DNA of 23,823 nt. Origin: an uncultured Pseudomonadota bacterium. Its GTDB lineage: Bacteria; SAR324; NAC60-12. A program made the translations under genes and the position numbers. The DNA is taken from contig CAJWCD010000044.1 in the NCBI GenBank assembly GCA_913020725.1, positions 1 to 23,823 on the forward strand, written 5' to 3'. Every line of letters begins with the position of its first letter. Positions within the stretch are counted from its first letter, which is position 1. Below the pieces are notes generated by a model. That model was not told the origin of the DNA and did no database searches. It worked only from the letters and a program-made list of their open reading frames with translations. Positions 15,988-23,823 of the stretch are shown one piece after another.

Positions 15988-18957
15988 ATGAACCTCAGCA
16001 CTTGGATTCGCCAGCTACTCCCACTTGCGCCTGAAAAACATTGGCGGGAGCGGCTGGCAACCGCCCCGTTTCCCTTTCCTGAATCCGGTCCCGACACCCT
16101 CGCCGGATTGCTTGAAGCTCTCGCCGCAGTTCCGGGTTTTCCGGAACATGCCGAGTCGGCACTCGCAACCCTGCTGACCAGTGGCAGTCCGGATTCCGGC
16201 CTTCGGCAGCTTCACGATTTTCTCGCCGCCTACCACGAAAAACACGGACAATTCTTCGATTTTTCCCAGCCCCACACCGCCGCGCTGCTCACCATTTTCG
16301 GGCGCAGCGAATTTCTCGCACGACGACTGATCCGTACACCGGAAGAGGCGGATGACCTGCGGAATTCTGCTTTTGTGACGCAGAAAAAAACGCTGGAGGT
16401 CATGGCCGAGGAGTTGGAATCTCGGATGCCCCCGGATATTTCACCCTCGCTACCCGACCTCAAGAACCTGCTGCGTCGCTACAAGTACGAGGAATTTCTG
16501 CGTATCACCGTCCGGGATCTGGCAGAGACGGGGCCGTTTGAGGAAACGCTGGAGGAGTTGTCATCACTGGCGGTCGTCCTCATCCGCTTGGCTCTGCGGG
16601 AAGTCACCCGGATTGCGCTTGGGACACAGTGGCAGGGGCAGTGGCCGTTCCTTGTGCTGGGCATGGGCAAGCTCGGCGGACACGAACTCAACTACTCCTC
16701 TGATGTGGACCTCATCTTCGTCCACGATTATGAACCACTTTCCGGAGACGATGAACACGATTATACGCTACGACCGAAAATCGCCCGGCAGTTCATTGAT
16801 GCCCTCTGTGACACCACTACCGAAGGTTTCCTCTTTCGCGTTGACATGCGGCTGCGTCCCGGAGGTGACCACAGTCCGCTTGTCGTTTCGTTGGATGAAA
16901 TGGAGGTGTACTACTCAGCACGAGGCGAGCTTTGGGAACGGCAGGCGTTAATCAAGGCGCAAGCACTTGCGGGCAGTCCGGAAGTGGCCGAGCAGTTCCG
17001 GCGCATGATCCAGCCCTTCGTTTACAGCCGCCTGCTTGACGAACGTTTGCTCAAGGAGATGCAGCGCGTCAAGGGGCGCATCGAGGAGGAACACCTCCGG
17101 GAGAGCCACCTCAACGTCAAACTCGGAGTCGGCGGCATCCGTGAGATCGAGTTCTTTGTGCAGGCGTTTCAACTGCTCTACGGCGGTCATCGTCCTACTT
17201 TGCAAACGCCCGGAACCCTCAGTGCGCTTGCCCAGTTGCAGACGCAACAACTTGTTCCGGAAACCGACCTTGACACGCTCCAACACGCTTATGTTTTGCT
17301 GCGTCGTTTGGAGCATCGGCTCCAGCTTCGGGAAGAACACCAAACCCACACCATTCCTGCTGAAATCCCCGCCCAACAACGATTAGCTCGGTCGTTTGGT
17401 TTGCTGGACCTTGACCCAGAACAAGCACGGCAGCGGCTGCTCGCTGAGGTGTTGGACACAATGGCAAAGGTCCGGACGATCTTCGGGGGTCTCTTCAGCG
17501 ACGAACACATTGAACTGGAAGCTTCCTTGCGCAACAGCACGCGCATCCAGCAATTCACCCCCGAAGAGCAAACCCTGCTGGAGACAGTGGCGCGGCAGCT
17601 TGCCCCTCGGCTCCGGGAACGTCCGGAACGTCCGCTGAGCTTGCGGTTCCAGCAGCTTTTTGAGCGCATCGGCCCGCGTTTTCAGCACTACCGGATGCTC
17701 ACCGAACACCCCTCCTCGCTTTCGCGGTTGGCCCGCATTGCCGAAACCAGCGAGTTGCTCTGGCTGCACCTCATCAATCACCTCGAACTGCTCGAACTGT
17801 TGGAATCTCCGGTGCTGGACATCTCTCGGAAAAACTGGGAGCAGCGGCTTCAGGAGTCACTGAACGGCTGTGAGGATGAAGAATCGGAAATCGACCAACT
17901 CCGCAAGTTCAAGCACGAGCTCACCTTCCTGATTGGCAGCGCCGAACTGGAAGGACTGATCGGTTACGAACAGGCCCGCAGCGGCCTCACGCTGCTCGCC
18001 GAGGTGATTTTACAAGCCACCCTCGGACTTGCCCAGCAGTACCTTGCTCCACGCTACGGGAGGCTGCTGGCCGAGGAAAATGCCGAACCCGGATTCGCCA
18101 TCGTTGGCATGGGCAAGCTCGGCGGCGACGAACTCACCTACCACTCTGACCTCGACCTGATCTTCCTGCACTCCGGCGTGGGCCTCAGCTCCGGACCCAA
18201 CGAAATCGAGGCGCAGGAGTACTGGATTCGTGTCACCCAGCGGCTCATCTCGATCCTCACCACCGTGACCCGCACCGGTCACGCCTACAAGCTCGACACC
18301 CGGTTGCGCCCCTCCGGAAACGCCGGAGTGCTGGTCACTTCCTTTGAAAGCTACCTGCACTACCACCAGTCCTCGCAACCGTGGGAGCATCAGGCACTGA
18401 TCAAGGGGCGAATCGTTGCGGGCGCCGGTTCGGAAGCGTGGTTCGACTCGGTGTCGCAAGGCATCCTCCGTGCCACCTACGAATGGGTTCCGCCCGCAGA
18501 CCTTGCCGAGCAGATTTTGCACCTCCGGGGACGCAAGGAACGCGAACTCGCCAAGGAAACCGAACGCCGCCGCAACCTCAAGGAAGGGCGCGGCGGACTG
18601 CTTGATGTCGAGTTCCTCACACAATACCTGCAACTCCTGCACGGTTCCAAGCATCCGGAACTGCGGACCCCGCAGACCCTCACGGCACTCGACGCCTTGG
18701 CACGACTGCAACTCCTGCCTGCAGAAATGTCTACTGAACTCAAGCGCGACTACACCCTCTTGCGACTCATTGAAAACGGGTTGCGTCTGCTCTATGATGA
18801 ATCGACCAACATGCTCGACCTTGACCAGCTTCCGGACGACATCATCACACCTCTGCTTCGCCGACACGGATTTGACGTGAACTCCCTTGCTTCTGCCGCC
18901 CTGCACGCCACCTCGCGCATTCGCAGACACTTCCAATCCGTCTTCAACCCTCAGTGA
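15988..18957 (+). CDS. glnE: Bifunctional glutamine synthetase adenylyltransferase/adenylyl-removing enzyme
   Basis: Two nucleotidyltransferase modules: GMGKLGGHELNYSSDVD...VDMRLRP...WERQA...KLGVGGIREIEF and GMGKLGGDELTYHSDLD...LDTRLRP...WEHQA...GGLLDVEF; 989 aa. Confidence 0.95.
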   Translation: MNLSTWIRQLLPLAPEKHWRERLATAPFPFPESGPDTLAGLLEALAAVPGFPEHAESALATLLTSGSPDSGLRQLHDFLAAYHEKHGQFFDFSQPHTAALLTIFGRSEFLARRLIRTPEEADDLRNSAFVTQKKTLEVMAEELESRMPPDISPSLPDLKNLLRRYKYEEFLRITVRDLAETGPFEETLEELSSLAVVLIRLALREVTRIALGTQWQGQWPFLVLGMGKLGGHELNYSSDVDLIFVHDYEPLSGDDEHDYTLRPKIARQFIDALCDTTTEGFLFRVDMRLRPGGDHSPLVVSLDEMEVYYSARGELWERQALIKAQALAGSPEVAEQFRRMIQPFVYSRLLDERLLKEMQRVKGRIEEEHLRESHLNVKLGVGGIREIEFFVQAFQLLYGGHRPTLQTPGTLSALAQLQTQQLVPETDLDTLQHAYVLLRRLEHRLQLREEHQTHTIPAEIPAQQRLARSFGLLDLDPEQARQRLLAEVLDTMAKVRTIFGGLFSDEHIELEASLRNSTRIQQFTPEEQTLLETVARQLAPRLRERPERPLSLRFQQLFERIGPRFQHYRMLTEHPSSLSRLARIAETSELLWLHLINHLELLELLESPVLDISRKNWEQRLQESLNGCEDEESEIDQLRKFKHELTFLIGSAELEGLIGYEQARSGLTLLAEVILQATLGLAQQYLAPRYGRLLAEENAEPGFAIVGMGKLGGDELTYHSDLDLIFLHSGVGLSSGPNEIEAQEYWIRVTQRLISILTTVTRTGHAYKLDTRLRPSGNAGVLVTSFESYLHYHQSSQPWEHQALIKGRIVAGAGSEAWFDSVSQGILRATYEWVPPADLAEQILHLRGRKERELAKETERRRNLKEGRGGLLDVEFLTQYLQLLHGSKHPELRTPQTLTALDALARLQLLPAEMSTELKRDYTLLRLIENGLRLLYDESTNMLDLDQLPDDIITPLLRRHGFDVNSLASAALHATSRIRRHFQSVFNPQ

Positions 18958-19007
18958 GCATTGTCATTGCATACTGCTAACTGTTCACTGCTAACTGTTC
19001 ACTAATC
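18952..19007. repeat. Heptamer/14-mer tandem repeat in the glnE-recN spacer
   Basis: ACTGCTAACTGTTC twice (18973-18986, 18987-19000) then ACTAATC; CAGTGAGCA (18952-18960) can pair with TGTTCACTG (18982-18990). Confidence 0.65.
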
Positions 19008-19015
19008 CTTGTCCC

Positions 19016-20710
19016 GTGTTGCTCCAGTTACGTCTGCAAAACCTCGCCACCATCAAGGAACTTGAGGCGGAGTTCGACTCCGGGTTCTCCATCCTCACGG
19101 GTGAAACCGGAGCCGGGAAATCGATCCTGATTGATGCGCTGCTGCTCGTGCTGGGGGGGCGTGGTGACACCGGACTGGTGCGCACAGGTGAGGACAATAC
19201 GATCGTCGAAGCCGTGTTTGACCTTTCCGAAACGGAAGGCCTCCGCACCCAGCTTGAGGATGCCGGAATCCCTGTGGAGGACGAACTCATCCTGCGTTGC
19301 GTGATCCCTCGCAAGGGGCGACAGCGCCGCAGTATCAACGGGGCGGCAGTCACGGTGGAGTTTCTAAAAAACCTAGGCCAGCAGTTGGTCAACATTCACG
19401 GTCAGCACGAAAACCAAGCCCTGCTCCAAGTCGGCACTCACATCGAATTTCTCGATCAACACGGCAAGCTTGTGCTGCTACGGAACATTGTCCGGACAGC
19501 CCATGCGGCCCACCAGCAGGCACTCGCCGAGCAACGCGACCTCAACCAGCGCATGGCCGCACGACACGCCCGCACCGAAGAACTGACGATCATCCGGGAA
19601 GAGTTGGAGGAACTCAACCTTCAGGAAGGCGAAGATGAGACACTTCAACAGGAAGCCTCCCGGCTTTCCAACACGGAACGGCTTTCTCTGCTGGTGGGGC
19701 AGGTGCCGAAGCTTTTGCACGATGACGAGGGGGCGATCCTCACGCAACTGGAATCCGCCCGTCGCGTCCTCAGCGAAGCCGAGCGCGTGGACTCTGCTTG
19801 CACCGCGATGCGCGAAGCTCTCGAATCCGCGCTTTTCCAGCTTGAGGACGTGCATCAGGAGGTGGTGAGCTACACCTCCGGAATCGAGGAGAATCCGGAG
19901 CGGCTGGCGTGGATCAACGAACGGCTCAACCGCATCCAGCGGCTCCAGCGCAAACACAAGTTCGATTCTGGGGAGGCGTTACGCGGCTTGCTGGAATCCG
20001 TGATTTCGGAATTGGAGACACTGGAACACTTGGAGGAGGACGGTCAAGTGCTGGCCGAACGCATTGCGACGTGTGAGGCAAAACTGAAACAGGAATCGGA
20101 AAAACTCACAGAACGTCGCAAAAAAGCTGCCCGCAAACTTGACGCAGCAGTCGTCCGGGAGTTGCGGCAGCTCGGCATGGCAAAAGCCCGTTTCGACACC
20201 CAGCTCACCCCGCGTGAATCCCACGGCAAATCCGCATGGTCGCCCTCCGGAAGCGATCGCGTGGAGTTTCTGCTTTCCGTCAATCCCGGACAAGACCTGC
20301 GCAGCCTCGCCAAGGTCGCCTCCGGTGGCGAACTTTCCCGCATCATGCTTGCCCTCAAGACGGTCCTCACCTCACCGGACACCGTGGAAATCCTCATCTT
20401 CGACGAAGTGGATTCCGGAATTAGCGGGCGCATTGCCGAAATCGTCGGCCAGAAACTGCGCTCGCTTGGCACCCGCCACCAGACACTCTGCATCACCCAC
20501 CTCCCGCAGATTGCCGCCTTTTCCCAACACCACTACGTTGTCAGCAAAGCCCAGCACCGCAACGCGACCTTCACCTCCATCGAACGGCTGCAAACACCTG
20601 ATGAGAAAACCGCCGAACTCGCCAAGTTGCTTGGCAGTTCCGAAGTCGCGTCTAAAGCCCAGCAACTCGCCCGCGACATGCTTGCCCGCGCCCAAGCACT
20701 TTCCGCCTAG
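19016..20710 (+). CDS. recN: DNA repair protein RecN
   Basis: Walker A TGETGAGKS, IHGQHE Q-loop, coiled coil, ASGGELSRIMLA, IFDEVDSGISG, CITHLPQ; 564 aa. Confidence 0.96.
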   Translation: MLLQLRLQNLATIKELEAEFDSGFSILTGETGAGKSILIDALLLVLGGRGDTGLVRTGEDNTIVEAVFDLSETEGLRTQLEDAGIPVEDELILRCVIPRKGRQRRSINGAAVTVEFLKNLGQQLVNIHGQHENQALLQVGTHIEFLDQHGKLVLLRNIVRTAHAAHQQALAEQRDLNQRMAARHARTEELTIIREELEELNLQEGEDETLQQEASRLSNTERLSLLVGQVPKLLHDDEGAILTQLESARRVLSEAERVDSACTAMREALESALFQLEDVHQEVVSYTSGIEENPERLAWINERLNRIQRLQRKHKFDSGEALRGLLESVISELETLEHLEEDGQVLAERIATCEAKLKQESEKLTERRKKAARKLDAAVVRELRQLGMAKARFDTQLTPRESHGKSAWSPSGSDRVEFLLSVNPGQDLRSLAKVASGGELSRIMLALKTVLTSPDTVEILIFDEVDSGISGRIAEIVGQKLRSLGTRHQTLCITHLPQIAAFSQHHYVVSKAQHRNATFTSIERLQTPDEKTAELAKLLGSSEVASKAQQLARDMLARAQALSA

Positions 20711-20785
20711 CTGCACTGTGGTTTCGGCACACTCGTTGCTGAGGTGCTAGAGCACCCTGCGAACCCGCACGTTCTCAAAGCCGCC

Positions 20786-21367
20786 ATGAATTTTCGAGGC
20801 CACCTCAACGGGGGGCTGCTGGCCGGAGCCATCACCGCATCGGTCGCGGTCACCACCAAGTACGTTTCACTCTCTCCGGAAGCCTTCCAGCACTTCACGG
20901 GCAACCCTCTGCACTGGCAAGGCGAGGTGCAGACGCTCATCGGGCTCTTCCTCGCCACCCTCTTCATGGCGTTGTTTCCTGACCTCGATACGGCTTCGGT
21001 GCCACAACGCTGGTTCTTCCGGGGCATGTTCGTGCTGCTCGCCTTCCTCTTTTTCACACGACAGATGGAACTGTTCGCCATTCTCGCCTTCGTTTCGCTG
21101 CTCCCCGTGATGCACAAGCACCGGGGCTGGACCCATTGGAAAATCACGCCCTGGGTCATCGCGCTTTTCCTCGCCGTTGTCTTTGAATATTTCCGAGCAA
21201 AGGACTCGTGGGCGCAGGGATTCTCCTGGCAGCGCGTCTGGGAATTTCTCCAGCAGTTCTGGATGTACGTCTTCGCCTGCGTGCTTGGGCACTACACCCA
21301 TCTGCTGCTCGACTCGCGGCAAATCCGCTGGCTACCCTTCATCCGCAACTCCACGAATCACCACTGA
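20786..21367 (+). CDS. Membrane-bound metal-dependent hydrolase (YdjM/DUF457-like)
   Basis: Start reassigned to ATG 20786 (MNFRGH); motifs GH, FPDLD, HRGWTH, HLLLD with TM segments. Confidence 0.8.
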   Translation: MNFRGHLNGGLLAGAITASVAVTTKYVSLSPEAFQHFTGNPLHWQGEVQTLIGLFLATLFMALFPDLDTASVPQRWFFRGMFVLLAFLFFTRQMELFAILAFVSLLPVMHKHRGWTHWKITPWVIALFLAVVFEYFRAKDSWAQGFSWQRVWEFLQQFWMYVFACVLGHYTHLLLDSRQIRWLPFIRNSTNHH

Positions 21368-21384
21368 ACAGTTATCAGTTATCA
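21365..21384. repeat. Short heptamer repeat (CAGTTAT)x2
   Basis: TGAACAGTTATCAGTTATCA; reverse complement ACTGATAACTGTTCA matches the 18973 repeat unit at 14/15 positions. Confidence 0.5.
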
Positions 21385-21389
21385 ATGTT

Positions 21390-22091
21390 ATGGCCCAAGC
21401 CCTTTCCGTCACCGATGTCGCCTTTGCGTTTCTGCTCATCCTGATTGTGGGCGTCATCCAGTGGCGCACGGGCGCGCGGCACTGGACCACGCTCCACGCC
21501 TCGGTGCGGATGATTGTGCAGTTGTTGGCGGTGGGGTTTGTGCTGGTGTACATCTTCGAGACCAGCAACGTTTGGGTGTCCCTGCTTGTGCTGGTCGTGA
21601 TGCTGGCGGTGGCAGGTTACATTGCCCTGCGGTCAGTGAAAGACCACTCGCTCCGACACTATGGACTCATGCTCTTCGCTTTGGTGTCCGGGGGGCTGCT
21701 TGCCCTACTCTATGTGTTGTTTGCCGTGTTTGACCAAGGGTTTCCGTTTGAACCGAGATTTGCAATCCCGCTGGCAGGCATGTCGCTGGCGAATGCGATG
21801 AACACCCTCAGCCTGACCGCCGAACGCTATGACGCCGAACGCTCGCATGGAGAGGATGCCAAGCGGGCCCGTGCCATCGCCTTCGATGCCGCGATGATTC
21901 CACCAACAAACGGGTTGTTCGCCGTTGGGGTCGTCTCGTTGCCCGGCATGATGACCGGACAGATTCTTGCGGGAGTGTCACCCCTGCTCGCAGTGCGTTA
22001 CCAAGTTGTGATCATGTGTCTCGTCTTTGGGGCTTCTGGCATCGCGGCCTCCGTCTATCTGCGGTTGCGGGAGCGGTTTTCCAGTTCATGA
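21390..22091 (+). CDS. ABC transporter permease, FetB/YbbM (UPF0014) family
   Basis: Start reassigned to ATG 21390; RMIVQLLAVGFVL, IPLAGM...NAMN, GVVSLPGMMTGQILAG...AVRYQ motifs. Confidence 0.85.
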   Translation: MAQALSVTDVAFAFLLILIVGVIQWRTGARHWTTLHASVRMIVQLLAVGFVLVYIFETSNVWVSLLVLVVMLAVAGYIALRSVKDHSLRHYGLMLFALVSGGLLALLYVLFAVFDQGFPFEPRFAIPLAGMSLANAMNTLSLTAERYDAERSHGEDAKRARAIAFDAAMIPPTNGLFAVGVVSLPGMMTGQILAGVSPLLAVRYQVVIMCLVFGASGIAASVYLRLRERFSSS

Positions 22092-23117
22092 CGGAAACAA
22101 ATCGGCAAATTCAGAACCGGGGTCGGGGCGGGAGAGCAGTTGGTCAAGGGCTTCCGTGCAGTTCAACTTCCCTTGGATGACAGAGTCCACCACGGTACAA
22201 ATCGGTAGGTCGAGCCCGTAGCGTTTGGCGATTTTGCGGACGGCCCCCGCGTTTTCCATGCCCTCAATCACGGTGTGGCGGCCTTGAAGGTACTCCGCCA
22301 AGGACTCGCCGCTTCCGAGTGCTACGCCGAGGCTGTAGTTGCGGGAGAGGTTCCCGGTGGCGGTCAGCACTAAATCGCCGAGTCCTGCCACACCAGAGAG
22401 GGTTTCCGGACGACCACCGAGCGCCACGCCCAGCCTCATCATTTCCGACAAGCCCCGGCTGATCAGCGCAGCCCGTCCACTCAGGCCCAAGTCCATGCCA
22501 TCCGCGATTCCGGAGGCAATTGCGATCACGTTCTTCATTGCCCCGCCCACCTGCACTCCAACCAAGTCCGTACTCGGATAGAGCCGGAAACGGGAGGAAG
22601 CAAGTTGGCTCTGAAGTCGTCGCAAGCATGCTGAATCCGTACCCGCCAACACCGCCGCCACCGGATGCCCTGCCGCTACGTCCGCTGCGAAAGTGGGTCC
22701 GGACAACACCTGCACGCCGTTCAGCACAGGCCACCCCTCCGCGCATGAATCACTAAGCAGCAAGGTTTCGTTGGAACCAAATCCTTTGGTGGCCAGCACC
22801 ACATCGTGAGCAACGGTGATTCCCTCGGCAAGCGTCTGAATCAGCCACGGCATCGCGTGAGAGGGCACCACGACGAGCAGTGTTTTGGCACGTTCCAGAA
22901 CCTGTTCGGCGGCATCCACCACCTCGATTTTCGCGGGCAACCGCACTCCGGGCAGAAACACCGAGTTTATGTGGTCATGGCGAATCGCCTCACGCACCTT
23001 CGCTTCCCGCGCCCAGAGGTGAACCGAGCGCCCCTGTCGCGCCAGGTGCAGCGCGAGGGCGGTGCCCCATGCTCCGGCTCCGAAGATTCCGATTGCGTTT
23101 GGGTTGTGTTCGGTCAT
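22086..23117 (-). CDS. gpsA: NAD(P)H-dependent glycerol-3-phosphate dehydrogenase
   Basis: GAGAWGTALA, VVVPS, ATKG, LSGPTFA, GGAMKNVIAIASG, GLGDLVLT...SRN, EG; start taken as ATG 23117. Confidence 0.95.
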   Translation of the reverse strand: MTEHNPNAIGIFGAGAWGTALALHLARQGRSVHLWAREAKVREAIRHDHINSVFLPGVRLPAKIEVVDAAEQVLERAKTLLVVVPSHAMPWLIQTLAEGITVAHDVVLATKGFGSNETLLLSDSCAEGWPVLNGVQVLSGPTFAADVAAGHPVAAVLAGTDSACLRRLQSQLASSRFRLYPSTDLVGVQVGGAMKNVIAIASGIADGMDLGLSGRAALISRGLSEMMRLGVALGGRPETLSGVAGLGDLVLTATGNLSRNYSLGVALGSGESLAEYLQGRHTVIEGMENAGAVRKIAKRYGLDLPICTVVDSVIQGKLNCTEALDQLLSRPDPGSEFADLFPS

Positions 23118-23420
23118 GCAGGACACTTGCTGAAGTTTGCCCCACAGCTTACGCAGAACCTCCCGAATCTCAAAGTTAAAACAGGAAACGCCGATGATGA
23201 TTCCTTACCGGACATTGCCAAGTAGAGCAGCGCCAACCCGATCGATTTACTCGCTCCAGCCTCATGCTATTGGAAAGAATGAGCCGGAAATACGACGATG
23301 CCATCCGTGAAGCCATCATCCTTCCGCTTTCCGGCGTATGGGCAGAGTGATTGCAGTTGCTCAGACACAACTTCTTCAGCCCAAGGTTTCAGCAACCACG
23401 GATTTTAAGGCAAAATCCCC

Positions 23421-23449
23421 TTGCAAATCACCTCGACTTCTCCCATGAT
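23421..23449 (+). promoter_or_regulatory. Probable sigma70 promoter for tRNA-Gln
   Basis: TTGCAA (23421-23426), 17 nt, CATGAT (23444-23449), 12 nt before the tRNA. Confidence 0.45.
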
Positions 23450-23461
23450 GATTCCTTCGTT

Positions 23462-23536
23462 TGGGGTGTAGCCAAGTGGTAAGGCAGCGGGTTTTGATCC
23501 CGTCATTCGCAGGTTCGATCCCTGCCACCCCAGCCA
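23462..23536 (+). tRNA. tRNA-Gln (anticodon TTG)
   Basis: Acceptor TGGGGTG/CACCCCA (U1-A72), D-arm TAGCCAAGTGGTAAGGC, anticodon stem GCGGG/CCCGT with loop TT-TTG-AT, T-arm GCAGG-TTCGATC-CCTGC, discriminator G, encoded CCA. Confidence 0.97.
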
Positions 23537-23614
23537 GCTTCCCTTCTTTTTATTTCCTGTAAAAACAAACTCTTGCGTCCGATTTCAGGAACATTTGAAA
23601 CAGAGACCAAAAAG

Positions 23615-23636
23615 TTTCCAACCATATTTCCAACCA
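23615..23636. repeat. 10-bp direct repeat downstream of the tRNA (integrase arm-site-like)
   Basis: TTTCCAACCA (23615-23624), TA, TTTCCAACCA (23627-23636). Confidence 0.55.
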
Positions 23637-23823
23637 CCAGACCTAAAAAAACTGCGGTCACAAAACGTGGTCGGTGCCCTTACCCGCCTCCAATTGGAGA
23701 ACTGAAGCAGAGCCGTGGTAATAGACCTTATCGTAAATAAGCGCGTGAGTCGGCGCGGAGTTTTTCCGTGGAGACACGCCGATTGGCCTCCTTCTCTTCG
23801 GGGCTGAGTTTGCCCCCCTTGGG

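Noticed and set aside
18973..19000. LexA/SOS box (GTTC repeats) upstream of recN
   Set aside because: Spacing is GTTC-N10-GTTC rather than the alphaproteobacterial N7, and it does not fit CTG-N10-CAG or GAAC-N4-GTTC; better explained as the heptamer repeat.
23130..23400. 64-aa minus ORF 23176..23370 upstream of gpsA
   Set aside because: No motif, RBS or coding bias; probably the divergent promoter region between gpsA and the tRNA.
23748..23784. Hairpin AGTCGGCG...CGCCGATT as an ncRNA
   Set aside because: A single imperfect stem near the window edge with no recognisable RNA family; insufficient evidence.

Overview
Most of the window (~760-23823) is bacterial chromosome of a flagellated Gram-negative organism. 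Gene content and promoter style suggest a deltaproteobacteria-like lineage such as SAR324, but that is inference. Gene order: 3' half of urocanate hydratase hutU, a five-gene LIV/HAAT-type ABC importer, a decayed AAA+ ATPase fragment, tungstate ABC transporter tupABC, an HSDL2/AtuG-like SDR, an EamA/DMT transporter, a minus-strand flagellar operon flgF-flgG-flgA-flgH, then divergently glnA-glnE-recN, a YdjM-like membrane hydrolase, a FetB/YbbM-like permease, minus-strand gpsA and tRNA-Gln(UUG). The first ~760 nt are foreign-looking, very GC-rich DNA. They carry a start-less minus-strand frame, only partly shown in the ORF track, encoding a eukaryote-type EGF-like repeat + GPS (GAIN) autoproteolysis motif + transmembrane helix, joined directly to a 5'-truncated, apparently mosaic hutU. 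An assembly or amplification chimera is the most likely explanation. The most interesting native signals are back-to-back sigma54 promoters for the flagellar operon and glnA flanking one NtrC-like dyad, a long structured glnA leader, an atypical FlgH without adjacent flgI, heptamer repeats, and an att-like signature after tRNA-Gln. No complete novel system can be proven from sequence alone.
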